DNA of 64,000 nt from Nitrospira sp. (GTDB taxonomy: Bacteria; Nitrospirota; Nitrospiria; Nitrospirales; Nitrospiraceae): positions 1,440,001-1,504,000 of the forward strand of contig AP038806.1 in assembly GCA_047150005.1 (NCBI GenBank), in the 5' to 3' direction. Under the pieces are notes generated by a model. It searched no databases. It had not been told where the DNA came from and was given only the letters and a program-made list of their open reading frames with translations. Numbering within the stretch: position 1 is the first letter of the stretch; each line of letters starts with the position of its first letter. Positions 30,596-39,727 of this stretch are shown in pieces. Both the position numbers and the translations under genes were made by a program.

Positions 30596-33500
30596 CTACC
30601 GCATGTAAAGATATTGAAGCAGTGCGATAAGGCCGTAGAGCGAAGATTCGATCACCGGCTGCTGGTACAGGGGCACGAAGGCCCCCTGCTCGTTGGCTTC
30701 CACCTCGCCGATGATGTGCTGGATCTGCTTCGTCCGAACATCGTGATCCTTTCCGACTCCGAGCGTCTGCACCATCTGCCGGCTCAACCCGGCCAACATG
30801 GCGGCTTTCGCGTTGTTGGCCGCTTGATAGAGCAAGTAGGCACCCATGAGCGCGAGCAGGATGTTCACCGACCACATGAGCAGCAACAGCTTGGGATAGT
30901 TCCAGATGTCGAAGTAGTCGTTGCGGGCGGCGATCATGATGAGCAGGGCGATGAAGGGGTAGCGGATGATGCGGTTCACGGCCTCGGTCCTCAGGCCGAT
31001 CAGGTCGATCACCGCCAGATACCTGAGCTTCTGGAACTCGGTCTTGTGGGCCTCACTGAGACCGTAATCGCGGAGGTACTCGTCCTGTACCTGATCGGAC
31101 CAGCCGCCGGTCGAGGTCGTGACCCAGCCGATCCAGCGTCGGCACAGCATCACCGCGTCGAAGACGGCCAGGTTCAGGAGGACGACGATGGCGGCCGTGC
31201 CCAGCGTCATGAACGAATCCACGGCGCAACTCAACGCCCCCCGGCAGGGATGGATCGTTTCCTCGTCGAGCACCCATCGTTGCAACGACCACATGACGCC
31301 CAGATACAGCAGGAACAGGAGCAGCGTCCGGGCGACGCGCTGGACCGGCCTGCCGGCTTCACGATACCAGGACCAGGTTTGGTCCATCGTGGTCGGAATT
31401 CTGGTCGCGGACGGATGATAGACACGCTGGAGGTTCGCCCAAAACGACGAGGCTCCGAAGCCTTGCGGTCGTGAGTCGGGCTTGAATCGAAATCGCCGAT
31501 CGAGACGGTCGCTGTTGTGCGCGAGGTCGCGCGCACCCTTCGCCAGGAACACGACGCTCATGACGACCACCACGAGCCGCAACAACTCGCTCGGCCAGAT
31601 ACTCACGCCGTCCGTCCAGGAGAACGGTTCTCCTTCGTCATGCCCGGCCAACAGAGCGGGCGCGCCTCCCAACGCCAGGAACGCCGAGAAGGACGCCAGG
31701 GCCAGCAGGGCCAGCGCGCCGACCTGCTTGGGTTTCTCCGACGCCCAATTCCAGAGTCGCTGATTGCTCCAGACGACAATGGTCAGAATCAGCAGGCCCA
31801 CGATCCCCGACACCGCTACCGCAGTGTCGTTGAACCCCGTCCCCTGCTTGAGCTGACCGTGGTCGTCCCGGTACGCGAGATCACCCCGCAGCGGGTGGAT
31901 GGTCCGAACCCCCTCTTTCTCCACGACGCTCAGATCGACGGCGCCGTTCCGCCCCACCTCGAAGAGCCTGGGATGCACGCCCGGATCGTACAGACGATCC
32001 TCCGGCGTCAACGATACGTGATAGGAGGAGGCACAGCGGCCGGGCTGCGGCTGCCCCCCGGGCAGGCACACGACATGGCCCACCGCCTGCAGGGCGGCGA
32101 AATAGGTGGCGGTCTGGTAGCTGCTGCGAAACGGCGGCACGTCGCGCTGCAGCCCTCCTTCCAACTGCAGCCCGAACGGCGAGGCCACGACCAGATTGCG
32201 GGTCGACCGGTATTCGCTGGGATGGAGGTGGCGCCCGTCCAGATCGACGGTAAAAAAAATGGCATGGGGGAACGACGGTCGGAGCGCCTTGATGATCAGC
32301 AGCGCGTCGTAGGGATCCGTGCCGAGAATCCCGATGGCCCTCGCCCCCTCTCCTTCCTCATAGATTCTTGCGGTCAATGCCCGCACGTAGTCGAGCTGGC
32401 TCGTACCTTCCGGCCGATCGCCGACCGAGCCCTTCGATTGATCGGCGCTCGCCCGCGCGGCCCGGGCGGCGCGGGCTGCATCGTCGCCCGGCACTTCCCC
32501 GTCCAGGCCGCTGAGATAGCTGTAGCGAAACACGTTGAGCCGGAGATCTTCATAATCCGTCGGACGCTGGACCTGGAGGTCGACGGCGCGCGGGACCGTA
32601 GGACAACGCTCCTTGATGTCGACCGGGACGAGGATCTGTTTGAGCTCCTGCTCGGGGAGCGCGGCCACCTTGACGCAGGCGGCGGCGCGGAACTCGATGG
32701 GCAACGCCCTGCCATAGAACGAATCCCACTCCCCGATGAGGATCACGGCATCCCAGCCCAATCTCACCTGCCGCCGCTCCAGTTCGGCGACCAGCGCTTC
32801 GAAGAGCAGATGGTCGGATCCGATTTCATAGACCAATCGGATATGGGCGTCCGTCAGCCGATGATGGAATTCGTGCTCGCAATCTTCGTAGGTCCTGCAA
32901 GCCGCCCCCCGCCCGGATTCCGCCTTGAGTCCGTAAGCCAGCAGTCCCTTCATCGCGCTGGCCCAGGGCGAGTAGAGCTCGACGGTGCCGTCGGCGTTCG
33001 GCCAGAATCCGATCCCGTCTCGGGACTGCGCGGCCAATTGGCCGGCCTCGTCCAGAATGGCACGGAAGGCCGACGAGCTGCGCGGGCCCATGATCTTGAC
33101 GGTCACCGCCCGTTGCAGGCCGGAGCGAATCCGCACCAGTTTGGGGGATTGTTGGGTCAGCAGGCACTCGCCTTGCGCGGAGTCCTCGCAGACCAGCGCC
33201 TGCGAGAAGGAGGTCAAGGTCGCGAGAAATCCCCGCCTCAACGCTTCGTCGGCAAACCAGACCACGAGCACGCTGTCCGCGCGGGTATCCTCCGCGCCGC
33301 ACACCCGCGTCTTTCTGAGCCGGTACCATTCGTAGGGGAGCCCGGGCATCGCGCCGCGGGGCTCCCATTCGACGAAGGAGAGGTAGCCTTCACCCTCCGG
33401 AGCGTAGCAGCCCACCCCCAGCGCGGTGCCGATGGCGTAGCGGTCGCGAATGCGCGATTCGACGTTGTCGACGTAGGGGCCGCCGCTGGTCGTGACCAGC

Positions 33501-33823
33501 AGCACCGTCACCCGCTGGCCGTTCTCCGCCCGTTCCGTAATGGCTTTTCGCAACGGCGCGAGCCGGCGCGCCAGCGAGGCTTCCCCGCCGGACGACGGCT
33601 TGGACCCGGACTGGCGGATGGCCCGCCCTACCGCGGCAACCGGATCTTCCCACAGCCGTGCCTGAACGATCTGCTCGTTTGACCCCGGTTTCAGCTCGAG
33701 CGCGGACCCGACCGGTCGCGAGCTGCGCAACGGTTCCTTGACTAGGAGGACGCCGCCGATGGCGAGCGCGAGCGTCAGCGCGCCCGCCACTGCAAGCTTC
33801 GAGTCACTGCGGGTCTTAGCCAC
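30596..33823 (-). CDS. Large (1075 aa) hypothetical membrane protein
   Basis: Long uninterrupted ORF; N-terminal TM anchor, ~640-aa soluble region, multi-TM C-terminus. Confidence 0.8.
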   Translation of the reverse strand: MAKTRSDSKLAVAGALTLALAIGGVLLVKEPLRSSRPVGSALELKPGSNEQIVQARLWEDPVAAVGRAIRQSGSKPSSGGEASLARRLAPLRKAITERAENGQRVTVLLVTTSGGPYVDNVESRIRDRYAIGTALGVGCYAPEGEGYLSFVEWEPRGAMPGLPYEWYRLRKTRVCGAEDTRADSVLVVWFADEALRRGFLATLTSFSQALVCEDSAQGECLLTQQSPKLVRIRSGLQRAVTVKIMGPRSSSAFRAILDEAGQLAAQSRDGIGFWPNADGTVELYSPWASAMKGLLAYGLKAESGRGAACRTYEDCEHEFHHRLTDAHIRLVYEIGSDHLLFEALVAELERRQVRLGWDAVILIGEWDSFYGRALPIEFRAAACVKVAALPEQELKQILVPVDIKERCPTVPRAVDLQVQRPTDYEDLRLNVFRYSYLSGLDGEVPGDDAARAARAARASADQSKGSVGDRPEGTSQLDYVRALTARIYEEGEGARAIGILGTDPYDALLIIKALRPSFPHAIFFTVDLDGRHLHPSEYRSTRNLVVASPFGLQLEGGLQRDVPPFRSSYQTATYFAALQAVGHVVCLPGGQPQPGRCASSYHVSLTPEDRLYDPGVHPRLFEVGRNGAVDLSVVEKEGVRTIHPLRGDLAYRDDHGQLKQGTGFNDTAVAVSGIVGLLILTIVVWSNQRLWNWASEKPKQVGALALLALASFSAFLALGGAPALLAGHDEGEPFSWTDGVSIWPSELLRLVVVVMSVVFLAKGARDLAHNSDRLDRRFRFKPDSRPQGFGASSFWANLQRVYHPSATRIPTTMDQTWSWYREAGRPVQRVARTLLLFLLYLGVMWSLQRWVLDEETIHPCRGALSCAVDSFMTLGTAAIVVLLNLAVFDAVMLCRRWIGWVTTSTGGWSDQVQDEYLRDYGLSEAHKTEFQKLRYLAVIDLIGLRTEAVNRIIRYPFIALLIMIAARNDYFDIWNYPKLLLLMWSVNILLALMGAYLLYQAANNAKAAMLAGLSRQMVQTLGVGKDHDVRTKQIQHIIGEVEANEQGAFVPLYQQPVIESSLYGLIALLQYLYMR

Positions 33824-33970
33824 GCGTCCTCCCCTGCCGTGCGGAGGCCACTCTACAACACTTCATGAGGGGGCCTGCAAGGTGGGAACGTACTTCGGAG
33901 AGCGTCGCCTCACCCGAGTATTCGGATCTGGGGGAACGAAAGAAGTCATGCTCAGCCCTTAACAGGCCGA

Positions 33971-35446
33971 TCAGGACGAACAACTGACCGTCACGTGCTT
34001 GCCCCAGTTGGGAGGGGAGGCGGCATAGGCGTCCATCCCGGGTCGTTCACGGTAGGGATCCTGCAACAAATCGAACAGCCGTTCGACCTCGGAAAAATCT
34101 TTCCCTCGCGCCTTCTCGATCGCCGTCTGTGCGAGATAGTTGCGCAGCACGTAGCAGGGGTTGACCCGGTCCATCCGCTCGCGCCGGTTGCCGTCTGCGC
34201 TGTCTTCGTCTCGCAGCCGCTCCCGGTACCGCACCGCCCAGGCCATGAACCGACCGCGATCGAGAAAATACTCGCGCAGCGGCTCGTTCGTCGCGCCCGG
34301 TGCGCTGTCGAACCGGCCGAGCTCTCGAAACAATCGCGTATAGTCCGCATGGCTCTCCTGCAGCATGCCGAGGAGTTCGCCGATCAAATCATCATCGTCG
34401 CTCCGTTCTTCCTGCAATCCCAGCTTCAGGCGCATCCGCCTCCGGAATTCCGACTCAAAGGTCGGGGTATAGCGATCCAGCGCCTCCTTCAAGACTTCTT
34501 TCGGCGCCAGCGGCAGCAGCGCCTGCGCCAGACAACTGAGGTTCCAGAGTCCGATGTACGGTTGCTGGTTGAAGGCATAGCGTCCGTTGTGATCGGAATG
34601 ATTGCAGATGAAGCCGGCGTCGTACTCGTCCATGAAGCCGAACGGTCCGTAGTCGAGCGTGAGTCCAAGGATCGACATGTTGTCCGTGTTCATGACACCG
34701 TGCGCCCAGCCGACGGCCTGCCATTGGGCGATCAGTTTCGCCGTCCGCTCGACCACTTCCGAGAAGAAGCGGGCCACACGGTCCGTCGCGCCGCGCAGAT
34801 GCGGATACTGTCGGTCGATGACATAGTCCGTCAGAGTCTGTAAGCGGTCGTGCTGTTTCCGATAATAAAAGACTTCGAACATGCCAAAGCGCACGTGGGA
34901 CGGCGCCATCCTCAGCAGCATGGCACCGGTTTCGACTTCTTCCCGGTACACCTTGTCGTCGCTGCCGACCAGACACAGGGCCCGTGTCGTCGGGATGCCC
35001 AGGCCGTGCATGGCTTCGCTGCATAAATATTCACGGATCGTCGACCGCAGCACCGCCCGGCCGTCGCCGTCCCGCGAAAACGGCGTCATCCCGGCCCCCT
35101 TGAGATGCAGGTCCCATGATTCGCCTCGTTCGTTGACTGCTTCCCCCAGCAGGATGGCCCTCCCATCGCCCAGCTGAGGCACATAGACGCCGAACTGGTG
35201 GCCCGCATAGAGCATGGCCAACGGATCCATACCCGATGCCAATAGACTTCCGCCGAAAGTTCCTGCGAATTCCGGGCGAGCAAACTGCCCCGGGTCAAGA
35301 TCGATCAGTGCGGCGGCGGCAGGATTGGCGTGGATCAGCCGAGGGGGTGAGCTGAACGGTGTCGGGTTCAGCTTGGCAAAGAAGGCATCCGGAAGACGCG
35401 CATAGCTGTTGTCGAAACGGAGCGTTTCAAGGGTGCGACCGGCCAT
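33971..35446 (-). CDS. selO: Protein adenylyltransferase SelO (YdiU/UPF0061)
   Basis: YAGHQFG...QLGDGRA, LKGAG.TPFSR.GDGRAVLRS, HGVMNTDN, DYGPFGF, C-terminal SCSS. Confidence 0.95.
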   Translation of the reverse strand: MAGRTLETLRFDNSYARLPDAFFAKLNPTPFSSPPRLIHANPAAAALIDLDPGQFARPEFAGTFGGSLLASGMDPLAMLYAGHQFGVYVPQLGDGRAILLGEAVNERGESWDLHLKGAGMTPFSRDGDGRAVLRSTIREYLCSEAMHGLGIPTTRALCLVGSDDKVYREEVETGAMLLRMAPSHVRFGMFEVFYYRKQHDRLQTLTDYVIDRQYPHLRGATDRVARFFSEVVERTAKLIAQWQAVGWAHGVMNTDNMSILGLTLDYGPFGFMDEYDAGFICNHSDHNGRYAFNQQPYIGLWNLSCLAQALLPLAPKEVLKEALDRYTPTFESEFRRRMRLKLGLQEERSDDDDLIGELLGMLQESHADYTRLFRELGRFDSAPGATNEPLREYFLDRGRFMAWAVRYRERLRDEDSADGNRRERMDRVNPCYVLRNYLAQTAIEKARGKDFSEVERLFDLLQDPYRERPGMDAYAASPPNWGKHVTVSCSS

Positions 35447-35512
35447 GATGCAGCATGCCAGGACCGGCGTGCGGCTTGCAACCGCGATTCGACGTCACGA
35501 GAGGAGTGGTTC

Positions 35513-35857
35513 CTAGCGGCCGACCGCCTGAATGTCTCGGTCGACGGTGAAGACGAAGACGCGCTCGCCCAGCTGGACGTCGATGTCTGTAAAGAGGCCC
35601 AAGATCTTCGCGCCCGTGATGTCACTGACCTGTTCGCAGAGTTTGTCGCGGCCTTGGGCGATCAATGTCTGGCGCAGTCGCTTGACCATGTCCACGCCTT
35701 CGGCTGTCTTGGCAAGTTGGCGCTCGGCGGGCGTCAGCACGCCTTTCAACCGCACCACCACGAGATCGCGGACGATGAACGCTCGCACGTCGTCGGGGCC
35801 GCGCCCCATGAACTCCTGTTCGAACTTGATGATGGCGTTTCGTATGGCGTTTTCCAT
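35513..35857 (-). CDS. DUF2294 / MpsC family protein (start could be further upstream, e.g. 35980)
   Basis: IIKFEQEFMGRGP..V, VRLKGVLTPAERQL, VKRLRQTLI, LFTDID...GERVFVF; divergent from the DAB cluster. Confidence 0.88.
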   Translation of the reverse strand: MENAIRNAIIKFEQEFMGRGPDDVRAFIVRDLVVVRLKGVLTPAERQLAKTAEGVDMVKRLRQTLIAQGRDKLCEQVSDITGAKILGLFTDIDVQLGERVFVFTVDRDIQAVGR

Positions 35858-36016
35858 GATGCGACTCTCGGCAACGAGGCGCCACCCAGCGCCCGCATGT
35901 ATCTTCGGGATTATAGAATTGCGCAGTAGCCCGAACAAGCAGCCCGGCCGCGCCGGTGGTTGATAGGTCTTTCGGACCATCGGACGGTTGTTGAGAGGAC
36001 TCATGCCGCGATTCCA

Positions 36017-36047
36017 GCTTGACGCTGGTCCGAACCCCGTATTAATG
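36017..36047 (+). promoter_or_regulatory. Promoter-like motif copy 1 (upstream of DabB paralog 1)
   Basis: GCTTGACGCTGGTCCGAACCCCGTATTAATG; 25/31 identical to 37974-38004; contains a TTGACG -35-like hexamer. Confidence 0.65.
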
Positions 36048-36060
36048 ATGGGCAAGGATC

Positions 36061-36237
36061 GGTCGCCCGACAGTGTTGCTCGCCCCGAATTTCGTGTCGC
36101 AGACGAGCAGGATGTCACGGTCGGCCGTCAGGGGCCGTAGGGTGGCCGGCAGTTCGATCGAACGGCCGGTCGCAGTGCAAGCCAACCGCGGGGCTCGACC
36201 GGAGCGTCGAGACGCCCGGTTGGCTTTTTGTCTTTTT
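36061..36237 (+). ncRNA. Candidate structured cis-regulatory leader (attenuator or riboswitch-like)
   Basis: Successive stems at 36061-36126, 36142-36173 and 36179-36226, the last followed by a T-tract; lies between the promoter motif and the start codon. Confidence 0.5.
36179..36237 (+). terminator. Intrinsic terminator-like hairpin in the 5' leader of the DAB operon
   Basis: AAGCCAACCG (36179-88) / CGGTTGGCTT (36217-26) with inner stem CTCGAC/GTCGAG, followed by TTTGTCTTTTT. Confidence 0.7.
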
Positions 36238-36248
36238 GCGGGTGTGGA

Positions 36249-37955
36249 ATGTGGTCGTTCGCCGTGCTGCTCGTTCCGCTGCTGCCGCTGCTAGCCACGC
36301 TCATCGTGGTGGCCGGCGGGGAGGCGGCGTTGCGTACCCGAATCAACATCGCCGTGTGGCCGATCGGCGCCGCCTGCGTCGGCGCCGTGGCAACCCTCTA
36401 TGTCGTCGCCACGCAAGGGCCGGTCACGATCCGCTTCTATGATCCGACACCGGCCGGTTCGTTTCCCCTGCCGCTCGGTTTCTACGTGGACCGTCTCAGC
36501 GCGGTCATGATGGTGCTCATTTCGGGCATCGGGACGATCATCTATACCTACTCCATCCAGTACATGAGTCGGGAGCCGCACGAACGGCGCTATTTCGCGC
36601 TGCTCGGCGTCACCGTGTGCGTGTTGCTCTGCATGGTGTCCAGCGCCAACCTCATCATGCTGTTTGTCTTTTGGCAGCTTCTCTCGTATCTGCTCTATGT
36701 CCTCATCCACAATCACACACACGCCGCGACGCTGGAAAGCGCCTTCCGAACCTTCACGTTACTGCGGACGGGAGACGTCGCCTTTCTCGCCGGGACGGCG
36801 TTGGCCTATGCGTTGTATGGCACGCTGGAATTCCCCGAGCTGTTTGCCGCCGCCGTTCAGTCGCAGGTCACGATCGCGCTGCTTCCCGGCATAGAGTGCA
36901 ACGGAGCGACGGTGGTCACGCTGCTCTTGCTGATCGGAGCCATGAGCAAGTCGGCGCAATTTCCCTTCCACATTTGGCTCCCGCGGTATCTGTACGCGCC
37001 GACGCCGGTGACGGCGCTCCTGCACGCGGGCATCATCAATGCCGGCGGGTTCCTGATCAACCGGCTCGCGCCGTTGTTCGGGCTCAGCTCCACGACCCTG
37101 CACGTCGCCTTTCTGATCGGCACGCTGACCGCCGTCCTCGGCGCCTCCATGATGCTGGCCCAGAACGACATCAAGAACATGCTGGGGTTCTCGACGATCG
37201 GGCAGATGGGGTACATGATCATGGAATGCGGTCTGGGCGCCTTCTCGCTCGCGGTGTTCCATTTGATCGCTCACGGCCTGTTCAAGGCGACGGTGTTCCT
37301 CAATTGCGGCAATGTCATCGGCAAGGCTCGGCAGGAGCGGCATCTCCCCCATCTCGAGCAGGAGACGGTTGAGGAAAGCCACTCGCGCTTGACTTGGGTG
37401 ACCGGGTTCATCACGACGCTGCTGATTCCGTTGCTGATTCTGCTGCTGACGCACGGGGCGCTGCACATTCCCCTCCTCGAAGCGCAGGGCACCGTGATTT
37501 TTCTGTTCTTCATTTGGATCACCTCCTCGCAGGCCATCCTGACGCTCACGCGCCTCCGGGCCGTCGCGTCGTGGAAAGTGTCCTCCGCGATGCTGCTGAC
37601 CCTTCTGTTCGTCGTGTTCGTCTACCTGTTTGCCGTCGAGTCGTTCACCGCGTTTTTGTATCCCAACCCGGACGACGTCGCGTCTTACTTCAAGACGGCG
37701 GAGCTGCCGAGCCGGATGTTCGACATGATGATCGGCGCGGCGACGCTCGCGACCGTTCTGGGCTGGTGCTACGTCTATCTCAAGGCTCACGGCCGATCGT
37801 TCCCGATGCCGGCGTGGATCCACAGCATCCGTCTCCGGCTTTATGTCTTCTTCCTGAATCGGCTCCACGTCGACGAAAGCGTCCAGCGCCTGGGCCAAGC
37901 CCAATTGGCCGCGATCCGGCGAGTCGAAAAGCTGGCGCAGGGACGGACGTCCTGA
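36249..37955 (+). CDS. DabB/MpsA-like NuoL (ND5)-family proton-conducting membrane subunit, paralog 1
   Basis: YVDRLSAVM, KSAQFPFHIWLP, APTPVTALLHAG, STIGQMGYM, HLIAHGLFKA; upstream of DUF2309. Confidence 0.9.
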   Translation: MWSFAVLLVPLLPLLATLIVVAGGEAALRTRINIAVWPIGAACVGAVATLYVVATQGPVTIRFYDPTPAGSFPLPLGFYVDRLSAVMMVLISGIGTIIYTYSIQYMSREPHERRYFALLGVTVCVLLCMVSSANLIMLFVFWQLLSYLLYVLIHNHTHAATLESAFRTFTLLRTGDVAFLAGTALAYALYGTLEFPELFAAAVQSQVTIALLPGIECNGATVVTLLLLIGAMSKSAQFPFHIWLPRYLYAPTPVTALLHAGIINAGGFLINRLAPLFGLSSTTLHVAFLIGTLTAVLGASMMLAQNDIKNMLGFSTIGQMGYMIMECGLGAFSLAVFHLIAHGLFKATVFLNCGNVIGKARQERHLPHLEQETVEESHSRLTWVTGFITTLLIPLLILLLTHGALHIPLLEAQGTVIFLFFIWITSSQAILTLTRLRAVASWKVSSAMLLTLLFVVFVYLFAVESFTAFLYPNPDDVASYFKTAELPSRMFDMMIGAATLATVLGWCYVYLKAHGRSFPMPAWIHSIRLRLYVFFLNRLHVDESVQRLGQAQLAAIRRVEKLAQGRTS

Positions 37956-37973
37956 TCGCGCTTGCCTGATCGT

Positions 37974-38004
37974 GCTTGACGACGGTCTGAAGGTCGTATT
38001 AATG
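37974..38004 (+). promoter_or_regulatory. Promoter-like motif copy 2 (upstream of DabB paralog 2)
   Basis: GCTTGACGACGGTCTGAAGGTCGTATTAATG; 22 nt before GTG 38027 with GAGGGAG RBS. Confidence 0.65.
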
Positions 38005-38026
38005 GTTAGCCCCTGATGAGGGAGTC

Positions 38027-39727
38027 GTGACGCTTGTCTTGCTGGTACCGCTACTCCTGCTCACAGCCGCCGGCATCGTCGTATTCGGACCGGGCGGCTC
38101 CGAGCATGCGCGGGCGAAGATGGCCGCCTATCCCATCGGGGCCGCCTTCCTTGTCGCCGTGGCGACGCTGTATCTCGTGACGACCGGCGGGCCCGTCTCG
38201 ATCCGGTTCTACGATCTGTCCTCGATCGCCTCCTTTGCGATCCCCATCGGATTCTACGTCGACCGGCTGAGCGCGGTGATGATGACGCTGATCACCGGGG
38301 TCAGCGTCATTATTTACAGCTACTCGACGGCCTACATGTACCAGGATCGGCACGCCCGCCGATATCTGGCCATGATCTGCCTCACGGATTTCGTCCTCAT
38401 CTGCATGGTGTCCAGCGCCAATCTCATGATGCTGTTCCTCTTCTGGCAGATCCTCAGCTACCTGCTCTACGTCCTCGCCCACAATCATGCCCATGGGGGG
38501 ACGCTGGCGGGAGCCTTCAAGACCTTTACGCTCCTGCGCGTAGCCGATATGGCATTTCTTGCGGGGATCGCACTCGCCTACCAATTGTACGGCACGCTCG
38601 AATTCCATGAGCTCTTCGCGCGAGCGGCCGACACGCCGGTCATGTTGTCGTTGTGGCCCGGCATGGACATGAGCGGCGCCACGGCCGTCACGCTGCTCCT
38701 CTTCGTCGGGGCGATGGGAAAATCGGCCCAGTTTCCGATCCATCTGTGGCTGCCGGGGTCGCTGTTCGCGCCGACGCCGGTGCACGCGTTGCTCCACGCC
38801 GGCATCATCAATGCCGGTGGATTTCTGATCAACCGGCTTGCGCCGTTGTTCGGACTTAGCTCCACGACCCTGCACGTCGCCTTTCTGATCGGCACGCTGA
38901 CTGCCGTCCTCGGCGCCTCCATGATGCTGGCCCAGAACGACATTAAGAAGACGCTCGGGTTCTCGACGATCGGCCAGATGGGGTACATGATCATGGAATG
39001 CGGGCTTGGCGCCTTCTCGCTCGCGGTGTTCCATTTGATCGCTCACGGCCTATTCAAGGCGACCGTGTTTCTGAACTGCGGAAACGTCATCCATAAGGCC
39101 AGGCAGGAACCGCATTTCCCGCACGTCGATCATCAGGCAGAGGAACCGGGTTTGCCCCGTCTCACGTGGTTCACCGGGGCCGTGACCACGCTGTTCATCC
39201 CGCTGCTCATTCTGCTGGTCACGCATGGGGTCCTGCGCATCCCCTTGTTGGAATCGCAAGGGACGGTGATTTTTCTGTTCTTCATCTGGATCACCTCGTC
39301 ACAGGCCATCCTGACGTTGACGCGTCTGCGCCAGGTGGCGTCTTGGAAAGTCTCGGCCGCCATGCTGATGACGCTGCTGTTTATCGTGTTCGTCTACCTG
39401 TTCGCCGTCGAGTCGTTCACGGAGTTTCTGTACCCGAATCCGGAAGAAGTCGCCTCGTACTTCAAGGCCGCCGATCTTCCCGACTGGTTGTTCGACTTCA
39501 TCATTGTGACCGCCACGATTCTGACCGTCGCCAGTTGGGCCTATCTCTATATGAGCGCCCATGGCATGACGCTGCGGCTGCCGGCATGGGTCGAGGATGT
39601 GCGGGTACGCCTCTACCTGCCCTTCATGAACCGGCTCTACGCCGACGAATGCTATGCGCTGATCGGGCAGACCATCATGCGGCTGGCCCATCGGGTCGAC
39701 AAGCGGGAGGGAGGCTGGTCGCGATGA
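38027..39727 (+). CDS. DabB/MpsA-like NuoL (ND5)-family subunit, paralog 2
   Basis: Same motifs as paralog 1 (KSAQFPIHLWLP, APTPVHALLHAG, HGLFKATVFL); colinear with it over nearly the full length. Confidence 0.9.
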   Translation: MTLVLLVPLLLLTAAGIVVFGPGGSEHARAKMAAYPIGAAFLVAVATLYLVTTGGPVSIRFYDLSSIASFAIPIGFYVDRLSAVMMTLITGVSVIIYSYSTAYMYQDRHARRYLAMICLTDFVLICMVSSANLMMLFLFWQILSYLLYVLAHNHAHGGTLAGAFKTFTLLRVADMAFLAGIALAYQLYGTLEFHELFARAADTPVMLSLWPGMDMSGATAVTLLLFVGAMGKSAQFPIHLWLPGSLFAPTPVHALLHAGIINAGGFLINRLAPLFGLSSTTLHVAFLIGTLTAVLGASMMLAQNDIKKTLGFSTIGQMGYMIMECGLGAFSLAVFHLIAHGLFKATVFLNCGNVIHKARQEPHFPHVDHQAEEPGLPRLTWFTGAVTTLFIPLLILLVTHGVLRIPLLESQGTVIFLFFIWITSSQAILTLTRLRQVASWKVSAAMLMTLLFIVFVYLFAVESFTEFLYPNPEEVASYFKAADLPDWLFDFIIVTATILTVASWAYLYMSAHGMTLRLPAWVEDVRVRLYLPFMNRLYADECYALIGQTIMRLAHRVDKREGGWSR

